This document shows positions 36,197 through 44,779 of a stretch of 64,000 nt of DNA, one piece after another. This DNA is from an uncultured Candidatus Saccharibacteria bacterium (GTDB lineage: Bacteria > Patescibacteriota > Saccharimonadia > Saccharimonadales > 2-12-FULL-41-12), in NCBI GenBank assembly GCA_947085855.1, contig CAMTYB010000001.1, positions 213,788 to 277,787 on the forward strand. Direction: 5' to 3'. Below the pieces are notes generated by a model. That model worked only from the letters and a program-made list of their open reading frames with translations, was not told the origin of the DNA and did not search any database. The translations under genes and the position numbers were made by a program. Position 1 is the first letter of the stretch, and each line of letters starts with the position of its first letter.

Positions 36197-36211
36197 GCAC
36201 ACGCCGTGTGC
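36197..36211. repeat. GC-rich palindromic hairpin GCACACGCCGTGTGC (family copy 1)
   Basis: 6-bp stem with a 3-nt loop. The flank CTCACTTTTAATAC resembles the flank of copy 3. Confidence 0.5.
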
Positions 36212-36248
36212 TTTGTTCAAATCTCACTATCTGTTGACAAACCCATGT

Positions 36249-36267
36249 GAGCACACTGCGTGTGCTC
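36249..36267. repeat. Palindromic hairpin GAGCACACTGCGTGTGCTC (family copy 2)
   Basis: 8-bp stem with a 3-nt loop, 54 nt from copy 1. Confidence 0.5.
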
Positions 36268-36318
36268 TATTGAATGCGCCGACGCACACCTACTATATAT
36301 AGACATACCAGAAAACAA

Positions 36319-37302
36319 TTAGGCTTTTTGGCGGCGGCGCTGGCGCCGAGTTGGCTCGAACCGAAGATATCTATGGGTTGCAATCAAGGCCGAGATCGCT
36401 CCGATAGCCATGCCAGCTGCTAGTTGCATGACGAGGAATAGCACGAAATTATCACTAAAGTACTGAGTCGCGTAACGCAGATCAAGCAAGCCAATGCTAT
36501 TTGCATTGAACGCCCGCTCCAAAACTACGAATAGCGCATTACAGATACTCAACGACAAAACTGCCGACACAATGCCGTAAATCATGGTCTCAACAATAAA
36601 TGGACCCTTGATATACCAGGTGCCTGCCCCGAGTAAGCGCATAATTGTCAGTTCGTCACGACGGTTGAAGATAGCCATTTGAATCGTGTTGAAGATTATC
36701 AGCATCGATATAAAAGCAAACGTTACAATACCCACCACGACCGCCTTGCGGAAGAAGGACGTAGCACTCGTAATTTTATCTATTGCCTCTTTACGTTCAC
36801 CAGAATAAGACGTTTCATTGGATTGTAACGCCTTGGCGTCTTGCGCCTCTAACACAATCTTGATCTCATCGATTCGCTGTGGATCGTACGGCTTCACCTG
36901 AATTGTGGCCGGCAACGGGTTATCGGTCTGCGAAATTGCGAGCATTAGGTCCAAATTGCCTTGGTTGTCGCGCTGATAGTTCTCAAGCGCCTCATCTTTC
37001 GATACATAATCAATTGATTTCACGTTCGGGAGTGCCTTCAGCTGTTCTATCAGTTTAGTGCGATCGTCGTCGCTAACCGTGTCCTTTAAGTAGACCGAGA
37101 TATCGATGCGGTCAGTAATGTCTTGGATTGTCTTATTAAAGGTGGCGTTGGCAATGACTGAAAACAGGATGATCGATAGCGTCACTACCATAACCGCCGT
37201 AGCAGCAATACTGAGCGTAATATTGCGGATAAAATTAATACCACCGGCCTTGATAATTCTTTCAAGGGTAATGAGTCGTCGACGGAGTGAATCTTCTCGC
37301 AT
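36319..37302 (-). CDS. ftsX: Cell division permease-like protein FtsX
   Basis: Four-TM FtsX topology with a large first extracellular loop. Directly follows ftsE. Confidence 0.8.
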   Translation of the reverse strand: MREDSLRRRLITLERIIKAGGINFIRNITLSIAATAVMVVTLSIILFSVIANATFNKTIQDITDRIDISVYLKDTVSDDDRTKLIEQLKALPNVKSIDYVSKDEALENYQRDNQGNLDLMLAISQTDNPLPATIQVKPYDPQRIDEIKIVLEAQDAKALQSNETSYSGERKEAIDKITSATSFFRKAVVVGIVTFAFISMLIIFNTIQMAIFNRRDELTIMRLLGAGTWYIKGPFIVETMIYGIVSAVLSLSICNALFVVLERAFNANSIGLLDLRYATQYFSDNFVLFLVMQLAAGMAIGAISALIATHRYLRFEPTRRQRRRQKA

Positions 37303-37320
37303 ATCTATGTACTATCCCGG

Positions 37321-38004
37321 TTATAGCTCGTAAGCAGCGTTGGCTTTGTCGCTAATGATCTGACCATCTTTTATAGTCACAACGCGGCGCTTCAACTTAT
37401 TAACAATTTCTTGATTGTGCGTCGTTAGCAGTACAGTCGTGCCATACTTATTAATCTTTTCTAGAACGCGGATCACATCCCAGGCATGCTTGGGGTCCAA
37501 GTTTCCAGTTGGCTCATCAGCAATCAAAATCTTTGGCTGCCGAATCACAGCTCGCGCAATCGCTACGCGCTGGCGCTCACCACCGGACAATTCCCGCGGA
37601 TAACTCTTCTCTTTCCCCTTTAAGCCAACAATGTTCAAAACCTTTGGCACCGTATGGCGAATCTCGCGATTACTCATGCCAACAATTTCCAGCGCAAATG
37701 CCACATTCTCAAAAACTGTCTTATTAGGTAGTAGTTTGAAGTCCTGGAAAACTACACCAATCCGGCGCCGCAAGCGCGGAATGTCTTTGTCTTTTAATTG
37801 CTCATAATCAATGCCACCGACGATAATCTTGCCACTAGTCGGCTTCTCTTCCCGCGTCAGCAACTTCAAAAAAGTCGATTTGCCAGCGCCACTCGGCCCA
37901 ACTACAATCACAAATTCCTTCGGCTCCACATGCAAACTAATCCGTTGCAATGCCGGCTGCCCACGCTTTGTATACGTTTTTGTTACCCTATCAAGTAGAA
38001 TCAT
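37321..38004 (-). CDS. ftsE: Cell division ATP-binding protein FtsE
   Basis: Walker A GPSGAGKST, signature LSGGERQR, Walker B ILIADEPTGNLD. Confidence 0.9.
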   Translation of the reverse strand: MILLDRVTKTYTKRGQPALQRISLHVEPKEFVIVVGPSGAGKSTFLKLLTREEKPTSGKIIVGGIDYEQLKDKDIPRLRRRIGVVFQDFKLLPNKTVFENVAFALEIVGMSNREIRHTVPKVLNIVGLKGKEKSYPRELSGGERQRVAIARAVIRQPKILIADEPTGNLDPKHAWDVIRVLEKINKYGTTVLLTTHNQEIVNKLKRRVVTIKDGQIISDKANAAYEL

Positions 38005-38011
38005 TCTTCCT

Positions 38012-38020
38012 ATTATAGCA
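38012..38020 (-). promoter_or_regulatory. Extended -10 TGCTATAAT, 7 nt before the ftsE ATG
   Basis: Reverse strand: ctttGCTATAATaggaagaATG. Confidence 0.45.
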
Positions 38021-38043
38021 AAGATAGCTTGTGCTTAGGCAAT

Positions 38044-39129
38044 TTAAGAAACAGTCGGCTGCTGTTCTAGATACGCCTCAATAAAGTCGTTCAACTCGCC
38101 ATCTAGCACAGCTTGCGCCTGGCTGGTCTCGTGCCGGGTGCGCAAATCCTTGACCATAGTATAGGGATGCAGCACGTAACTACGGATCTGATTGCCCCAC
38201 GCTGCTTGCTCGTTTGGGCCTTTGAGTTCAGATATTTTTTCAGCATGCTGCTCCAGCTGAAGTTGCGCAAGTTTTGAGCGCAAAATCGTCAGTGCTGTTT
38301 CTTTATTCTGCAGCTGCGAGCGCTCGTTCTGAATACTGACCACAATGCCAGTTGGCACATGTGTTATCCGTACAGCCGAGTCTGTTGTATTGACGCTTTG
38401 GCCGCCGTGGCCACCAGCTCGGAAGACATCAATTTTGAGATCTTTATCATCAAGGGGGACGGCATCCGGTTCGTCGATTTCGGGAAAAACTTCAACTTTA
38501 GCAAAGCTGGTTTGACGCAAGTTATTAGCATTAAATGGGCTCAAACGCACCAGCCGATGCACCCCGTGCTCACCTTTTAGCTTGCCGTAGGCATAGCTAC
38601 CCTGCATTTCTAGACTAACACTTTTGATGCCAGCTTCTTCGCCGCTTGATTCATCGAGCGTTGTGACTTTTAGGCCTTCAGTTTCGGCCCAACGAGTATA
38701 CATGCGCAATAGCATCTGCGCCCAGTCCTGCGCGTCAGTGCCGCCGGCACCGGCGTGAATACTAAAGACAGCATTGTGGCTGTCATATGGTCCAGTAAAG
38801 CGCATCTGTTTTTTGAGCGAATCATACGTTTGAGTCAGCTGCTGAAACTGTTCATTGATTTCATCCGCCAGACTATCGTCTTTCAAATCTGCCAGTTGCA
38901 CGAGTTCTTCTAAATCCTTTTGTAACTTGAGCCATGGCTCGGTCTGCCCTTCTAGGCTCGTAATGCGCTGCATGACTTTGGAGGCGGCCTGATTATCATC
39001 CCAAAAGCCGGACACCTGAGACTGGCCAAGAAGCTGGGTGTGCTCTTTAGCTAGTTCCTCGATCCGCAGCCGCTGCATGGCAGTGGCAACATTTTGTTTA
39101 AGTTGCTCAATGTCATTACTGGCAGTCAT
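38044..39129 (-). CDS. prfB: Peptide chain release factor 2 (single uninterrupted ORF)
   Basis: SPF tripeptide (RLSPFNANN) and GGQ ([19 protein letters not shown]). Full length without a +1 frameshift site. Confidence 0.9.
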   Translation of the reverse strand: MTASNDIEQLKQNVATAMQRLRIEELAKEHTQLLGQSQVSGFWDDNQAASKVMQRITSLEGQTEPWLKLQKDLEELVQLADLKDDSLADEINEQFQQLTQTYDSLKKQMRFTGPYDSHNAVFSIHAGAGGTDAQDWAQMLLRMYTRWAETEGLKVTTLDESSGEEAGIKSVSLEMQGSYAYGKLKGEHGVHRLVRLSPFNANNLRQTSFAKVEVFPEIDEPDAVPLDDKDLKIDVFRAGGHGGQSVNTTDSAVRITHVPTGIVVSIQNERSQLQNKETALTILRSKLAQLQLEQHAEKISELKGPNEQAAWGNQIRSYVLHPYTMVKDLRTRHETSQAQAVLDGELNDFIEAYLEQQPTVS

Positions 39130-39142
39130 ATTTTTGTACTCG

Positions 39143-40429
39143 TTATTTCCACAAAGTTCGTAAACGTTGCATCAAGTGGTCGAGCTCCTCGCCTTCGGGA
39201 TTGCCGAGCACACCAAGTCCCCACGTTTCGTCGGCAAACAACGCCTGGGCGCCATCAATAATCTGCCGCTTAGTAATGGCTTTGATACGAGTCGGAATTG
39301 TGTAGTAGTCCTCAACGTAATCATCAAAGAAGTAACGTCCAGCATAGTTAGCGGCCACGCCGCCAACCGTTTGACCACCACGCTGGTAGCGACCGAGTCG
39401 ATACTGCTTGGCTGCATCAATTTCTTCTTTTGTTAACTTGCCATCAAAGATTGCCTGAATTTCAGTCACCATAATATCGAATAACGCGTGGGCATTGTCT
39501 GGCCGTACCTGGGCGCCAAACCACCAGTTTGTGGAATACAGATCAGCATTAATGCCAGAACTCATGCTGTACACCAAACCACGCTCGCGCGCAGTTCCCA
39601 AAATACGTGAATAAAGGGTTTCGGTCAGCATACTGTTCAGCAAGCTCATGGCAGCCAATTCAGGATCATCCATCCGGCGCTTCAAGAATGTATCAAAGTA
39701 GAAATAGTAGTTATCGACGGTTTTGTTGCGAATACTCAGTGGCTTTTCAAGCGACTTTGGAATTTCTTTTGGCAACGGCCGACGACCCCTACCCTTGCCA
39801 AGCGGCATTTTATTAAATGCTTCTTTGATCTGCTTGCGGCGAGTCTGCGTAATGTTACCAGCAATCACAAAACGCATGTTCGACGTTACATGCGTTGCAT
39901 GATAATGCTCACGTATATCATCGAGCGTTACGTTGCTCATTAATTTCAAGCGCTCTTGGTCAGTTACTGCGCGGAATTCAAACGCTTCACGCAATGCCAA
40001 ACTCAAGTGACGAAAATGATTGTTAGAACGTGCCGTTAACTCTTCTCGAACATTACCAAATTCGGCTTTGAATTCTTCTTCCAAAAACAACGGTTCGGTA
40101 ATAGCGATGAGCAACCAATCCATAATTCGTTGCCATTCAAAGTCGGCACACTCTGACTCGTAAATAATGTCATAGGCACCCGTACTGGCGTTGCAGTAGG
40201 CGCCATTTTTCTCAAATTCGGCCTGGAAAGCCCGGGCCTTAGGAATGTGCTTGTTAGCGCCGAGCAACAAGTGCTCCATGATGTGCGGTGTTTCCCATTT
40301 GTCACGGTCGACCAGATATTCGCCGGCGCGGAAAGTAACTTGGAACGACATGACGGTGGCATCGGGCACGTTTATCAGGAGTCCGCGAGCGCCGTTATCG
40401 AGTACAATTTCAGATACTATATGCTTCAT
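39143..40429 (-). CDS. M16 (pitrilysin/insulinase) family zinc peptidase
   Basis: Inverted zinc motif HIMEH. The ~430 aa two-lobed size is typical. Confidence 0.75.
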   Translation of the reverse strand: MKHIVSEIVLDNGARGLLINVPDATVMSFQVTFRAGEYLVDRDKWETPHIMEHLLLGANKHIPKARAFQAEFEKNGAYCNASTGAYDIIYESECADFEWQRIMDWLLIAITEPLFLEEEFKAEFGNVREELTARSNNHFRHLSLALREAFEFRAVTDQERLKLMSNVTLDDIREHYHATHVTSNMRFVIAGNITQTRRKQIKEAFNKMPLGKGRGRRPLPKEIPKSLEKPLSIRNKTVDNYYFYFDTFLKRRMDDPELAAMSLLNSMLTETLYSRILGTARERGLVYSMSSGINADLYSTNWWFGAQVRPDNAHALFDIMVTEIQAIFDGKLTKEEIDAAKQYRLGRYQRGGQTVGGVAANYAGRYFFDDYVEDYYTIPTRIKAITKRQIIDGAQALFADETWGLGVLGNPEGEELDHLMQRLRTLWK

Positions 40430-40447
40430 ATTTCTATAGTCGCCTGT

Positions 40448-43084
40448 TTACTTGCGCTTCTTCCCACCTTTTTTGCCTCGTTTTTTGTTTTGGCGCTCGG
40501 TTTTGCGAGCCTTTTTGCGCTTGTTAGCTACTTTTTTGTGTTCAGCATGCTCCTGACTTTCGGTTTTAACCTCAAAGTCATCTTCGTGAAAATGTTCACC
40601 CTCTATAATTTTGTCGGCATTGCTAACTGAACCACGAGCTGCCAACGTTAGTTCAGTCTCAACTGCCCGATCAAGCTGCGATGCATCAACCGGCCGAGCA
40701 TGGAACAAAGAACGAACGATGTCATGACGCAAAGCCAGCTGCATTTGTTCAAAAATGCGCTGCGATTGACGCCGATACTCCACCAACGGGTCACGCTGAC
40801 CAACACCAACCCAACGGATCCCTTCGCGCAAGTGATCCATAGTTTCAAGGTGTTGCATCCAGTAATTATCGAGTGTCTGCAAGTAGATATCGCGTTCAAC
40901 TTTACGTAGGACTTCACTACCAAAGCGCCCCTCTTGCTCGGCATAGAGTTTTTTGGCTGATTTAACCAGTTCTTTTTCGAAGTCATGGGCTGGCAAATCA
41001 AACAAACGATCGAGTGTTTCTTCGTCAAACGGAAAGACTTCGCGAATCATATCTTCATACTTTTCTGTAGTAGCATGCGGCGAATGAGCCAAATCTTTAG
41101 CTTCCGAAGTAATGAACTCGTTCACGCGCTTGCTAATATCGGCATGACGCAAGATCTCATTGCGCATGCTGTACGTTGCCATACGATGGCGATTCATGAC
41201 GTCGTCATACTTAACAACATCTTTACGGGCATCAAAGTTGAAGCCTTCTACCTTCTTCTGCGAACCTTCTAGGCTACGACTAATGAAACGATTTTGTACC
41301 GGCGTTTCATCATCTACTTTGAGTCGTTCCATAACTTTACCGATTCGATCACCACCAAAAATACGCATCAAATCGTCTTCGGTCGAAACGTAAAACTGGC
41401 TTTCGCCCGGATCACCCTGACGACCAGAACGGCCACGCAACTGATTATCAATTCGCCGTGAATCATGTCGTTCACTACCAAGCACAAACAAGCCGCCAGC
41501 TTTTTTGGCATCTTTATCGAGCACAATGTCGGTACCACGACCGGCAATGTTAGTAGCTAGTGTCACTGCACCCTTTTGGCCAGCTTTGGCGATAATAGCA
41601 GCTTCGCGCTCGTTATTTTTAGCGTTCAAAATCTGGTGCTTCACACCGGCTTTCTTCAGCAAAATACCCAATTTTTCGTTCTTTTCAATTGAACCGCTAC
41701 CAATCAAAACCGGCTGACCCTTTTTGTTGAGTCGCTTCACTTCTTTGATAATGGCACGGAACTTACCGTCTTCGTTGCGATAAATTTTATCCGGATGATC
41801 AATACGCGCCATCGGTCGGTTTGACGGAATTTCGATTACATCAAGCTTGTAAACTTGGTGGAATTCTTCGGCTTCAGTTGAAGCGGTACCGGTCATACCA
41901 GATAGCTTTTTATACAATCGGAAATAGTTCTGGAAGCTAATCGTGGCGAGCGTCATTGATTCATCTTGAATCTCAACACCCTCTTTGGCTTCGATTGCCT
42001 GGTGCAAACCCTCGTTATAGCGACGTCCCGGCAACAAGCGTCCCGTAAATTCATCCACAATCACGACTTCACCATCTTTGGTGACTACATAATCTTTGTC
42101 GCGCTTAAAGAGACCCTGCGCCTTGAGTGCCTGCTCGAGGTGATACAAGGTTCGAATATTGTTTGCTGCATATAGATTATCGATACCCAAAATCTTCTCA
42201 AGTTCATCAATACCTTCATCTTTCAAGGTGACCGCACGACGCTTTTCATCAACATCGTAATGCTTGTCGCGCTTGAGCTGACGAACCACTTTGGCAAACT
42301 GCACATACGAAGTACCGCTCGCGGCCGATGCTGCCGAAATAATCAGCGGCGTTCGAGCTTCGTCAACCAAAATCGAGTCAACTTCGTCAACAATGGCGTA
42401 ATTAAGCGGACGCTGACGCAATTGCTCAGTTTCTTTGACCATGTTGTCTCGCAAGTAATCAAAGCCAAACTCATTGTTAGTGCCATACGTAATATCAGCG
42501 TTGTAGGCGTCTTGACGACTGCAAGGCTTCAGTCGGCGTAGGCGCGGATCATCATGATCTTTATTGTCATAGTTCGGGTCAAACAAAAATGACTGATCAG
42601 CCACAATAACACCAGTGCTGAGGCCCAAATAATTGTACAATTCGCCCATCCAACTGGCGTCACGTTGAGCCAAGTAATCGTTCACGGTAACAACGTGCAC
42701 GCCTTTGCCGGTCAGCCCATTTAAATAAACCGGTAGCGTTGCCACCAACGTTTTACCTTCACCAGTCTTCATTTCGGCAATTGAGCCAGAGTGCAGCGCC
42801 ATGCCACCAATCAACTGAACGTCAAAGTGGCGCATTTTCATGATCCGACTTGACGCTTCGCGCACCAATGCAAAAGCATCTGGCAGAATCTTATTCAGGC
42901 CAGCTTCTTGGTCTTTCTCTTTGGCCAGACGATCTTTCAGAACCTGTGTCTGCTTCTTGAGTTGCGCATCCGACATTTTCTTGTATGTATCGGACAGCTT
43001 ATTAATCTCTTTGACGCGCTTTGTCAGCTTCTTGAGTGTGCGCATCTGAGGATCACCAAGCACACGCTTTACTACCTTCTTCAT
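40448..43084 (-). CDS. secA: Preprotein translocase ATPase SecA
   Basis: MKTGEGKTLVATLP, DEVDSILVDEARTPLIIS, TNIAGRGTDI. Polybasic, Cys-free C-terminal tail. ATG 43084 is preferred (CAGGGAGAG SD) over 43150. Confidence 0.95.
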   Translation of the reverse strand: MKKVVKRVLGDPQMRTLKKLTKRVKEINKLSDTYKKMSDAQLKKQTQVLKDRLAKEKDQEAGLNKILPDAFALVREASSRIMKMRHFDVQLIGGMALHSGSIAEMKTGEGKTLVATLPVYLNGLTGKGVHVVTVNDYLAQRDASWMGELYNYLGLSTGVIVADQSFLFDPNYDNKDHDDPRLRRLKPCSRQDAYNADITYGTNNEFGFDYLRDNMVKETEQLRQRPLNYAIVDEVDSILVDEARTPLIISAASAASGTSYVQFAKVVRQLKRDKHYDVDEKRRAVTLKDEGIDELEKILGIDNLYAANNIRTLYHLEQALKAQGLFKRDKDYVVTKDGEVVIVDEFTGRLLPGRRYNEGLHQAIEAKEGVEIQDESMTLATISFQNYFRLYKKLSGMTGTASTEAEEFHQVYKLDVIEIPSNRPMARIDHPDKIYRNEDGKFRAIIKEVKRLNKKGQPVLIGSGSIEKNEKLGILLKKAGVKHQILNAKNNEREAAIIAKAGQKGAVTLATNIAGRGTDIVLDKDAKKAGGLFVLGSERHDSRRIDNQLRGRSGRQGDPGESQFYVSTEDDLMRIFGGDRIGKVMERLKVDDETPVQNRFISRSLEGSQKKVEGFNFDARKDVVKYDDVMNRHRMATYSMRNEILRHADISKRVNEFITSEAKDLAHSPHATTEKYEDMIREVFPFDEETLDRLFDLPAHDFEKELVKSAKKLYAEQEGRFGSEVLRKVERDIYLQTLDNYWMQHLETMDHLREGIRWVGVGQRDPLVEYRRQSQRIFEQMQLALRHDIVRSLFHARPVDASQLDRAVETELTLAARGSVSNADKIIEGEHFHEDDFEVKTESQEHAEHKKVANKRKKARKTERQNKKRGKKGGKKRK

Positions 43085-43138
43085 GTTTCCCAGGCTCTCC
43101 CTGTTTGTTAGACAACTTAGATAATTGTGATACAGCCC

Positions 43139-43167
43139 ATTATACTCCAAACATATCTATTTTGTAA
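43139..43167 (-). promoter_or_regulatory. Putative secA promoter TTACAA-17-TATAAT
   Basis: Reverse-strand hexamers at 43167-43162 and 43144-43139. The ~55-nt leader carries GGGAGAG SD. Confidence 0.5.
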
Positions 43168-43270
43168 GGAGTAACTACAGTTTGACGGCGTAGTTTTTAC
43201 ACCAAACTCCTGACCCACCTTTTGCGGGCAGCCTTTCTATAACCAGTGCAGTGCCTCCACTTTCAAAAAC

Positions 43271-43285
43271 GCACACGGCGTGTGT
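43271..43285. repeat. Palindromic hairpin GCACACGGCGTGTGT (family copy 3)
   Basis: Same core as copies 1, 2 and 4. Flank CTCCACTTTCAAAAAC. Confidence 0.5.
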
Positions 43286-43323
43286 CGTGAGCAGAAATCT
43301 TAAAGTGTTAATTTGGACGGCAA

Positions 43324-43340
43324 GGCACACGGCGTGTGCC
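43324..43340. repeat. Palindromic hairpin GGCACACGGCGTGTGCC (family copy 4)
   Basis: 7-bp stem with a 3-nt loop, 55 nt from copy 3. Followed by CTTTTAAAT on the plus strand. Confidence 0.5.
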
Positions 43341-43371
43341 CTTTTAAATGTAGGCCCTCAACTATAAGCCG

Positions 43372-44676
43372 CTAAATAGTCGGCTTAAGCGAAAGGTACG
43401 GCTGCAAAACCTTTGGTGTGCCAATAGTCCCTTCGGCCGTCTGATAGTTTTCGATCAAAAAGCCGAGCAAACGTCCAAGTGCAAATGCAGTTGCATCGTT
43501 CGTATGTGCAAACTTCAGTTCACCATTCTGGTTGCGATAGCGAGTGTTCAACCCGCGCGCCTGGAAGTCGGTCATATAGTCAGCGCTGTGTGTTTCGCGG
43601 TACTGACCTTGAGACGGAACCCAGACTTCAATGTCGACGCCGCGGGCGTTGGGGTCACCAATGTCAGCCGTACATTTGTTGAGCACACGGTATGGCAGCT
43701 CGAGAGCAGCTACCATATATTCTTGGATTGCAATCAACAGATCATGCTCGGCACGTGACGTTTCGGCGTCACTAAAGACTTCCATCTCCAACTTATCAAA
43801 GTGGTGCAAGCGCGTCAGGCCACCCATATCTTTACCGTACGTGCCGGCCTCGCGACGGAAGCTGGTACTGTAGCCTAGGTAGCGAATCGGCAACTGCTCG
43901 GCCGGAATCACCTCATCCTGATACATTGCACACAAACTATGTTCAGCACTACCAATTAACCACAGGTCGTCATCGGCCAATCTATACGTAACTTCTTCCG
44001 CCTTGAGGCGTCCGGTGGCTTCATAGGCATCGGTGCGCATCATGACCGGAGGCAAAATTGGCACAAATGGCGTCGGCTTCAGGTCAAGGTTATTATCTTT
44101 AATGATCTTGGCTACAAACGCTTCGTCGCTCAGTAAATCAGTCACCCACGACATCAAAGCAAACTGCAGGCGCACCAAATCGCCCTTTATATAGGCGTAA
44201 CGGGCGCCAGATATCTTTGCTGCTCGTTCTTTATCGAATAAATCGAGTGCCGCACCCAGTTCCTCTTGGCTCTTCGGTTCAAAATCAAATTTGGTAGGCT
44301 CGCCAACAGTCTTCACCACCACATTTTCTTCTTCGGTGGCGCCGACTGGAACATCATCAGTCGGCATATTTGGAATTTGCTTCAGCAGCGTCGCCAACTC
44401 TTTGGTTACAGGACCAAGGTAGCCCTCTTTTTCGGCAATCTCAACTTTGAGCGCCCGGCCCTTTTCGACCAACGCTTCATCTGGCTTACCAGAAAAATCC
44501 TTCATAGCTTCGGCAATTTTGTTGCGCTCCTGACGCAGAACTTCCACGCCTTGTAGCAGCTCGCGGCGCTCGCCATCAAGCTGGAGCAAACGGTCAACAT
44601 CGACTTTCACGTTCTTCTGGGCAGACTTCTCTTTTACGACGTCTGGATTATCACGAACAAACTGGATATCAATCAT
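43372..44676 (-). CDS. serS: Serine--tRNA ligase
   Basis: N-terminal coiled-coil MIDIQFVRDNPD... and class II motifs FRREAG and TALAxGR-like region ATAFALGRLL. Confidence 0.92.
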   Translation of the reverse strand: MIDIQFVRDNPDVVKEKSAQKNVKVDVDRLLQLDGERRELLQGVEVLRQERNKIAEAMKDFSGKPDEALVEKGRALKVEIAEKEGYLGPVTKELATLLKQIPNMPTDDVPVGATEEENVVVKTVGEPTKFDFEPKSQEELGAALDLFDKERAAKISGARYAYIKGDLVRLQFALMSWVTDLLSDEAFVAKIIKDNNLDLKPTPFVPILPPVMMRTDAYEATGRLKAEEVTYRLADDDLWLIGSAEHSLCAMYQDEVIPAEQLPIRYLGYSTSFRREAGTYGKDMGGLTRLHHFDKLEMEVFSDAETSRAEHDLLIAIQEYMVAALELPYRVLNKCTADIGDPNARGVDIEVWVPSQGQYRETHSADYMTDFQARGLNTRYRNQNGELKFAHTNDATAFALGRLLGFLIENYQTAEGTIGTPKVLQPYLSLKPTI

Positions 44677-44683
44677 GCCTAAC

Positions 44684-44689
44684 AGTATA
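44684..44689 (-). promoter_or_regulatory. -10 TATACT, 7 nt before the serS ATG
   Basis: Reverse strand: acgTATACTgttaggcATG, with a weak -35 TGGGCA at 17-nt spacing. Confidence 0.4.
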
Positions 44690-44741
44690 CGTAATTATGG
44701 TACCTGTGCCCACTCTTTCTTGATCAGCACTTGTCCAACTC

Positions 44742-44770
44742 TTGACTTTTCACACTGCTTATGCTAATAT
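44742..44770 (+). promoter_or_regulatory. Sigma70-type promoter TTGACT-17-TAATAT
   Basis: The -10 ends at 44770. The in-frame ATG at 44780 lies 9 nt downstream. Confidence 0.6.
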
Positions 44771-44779
44771 ATGACCATT

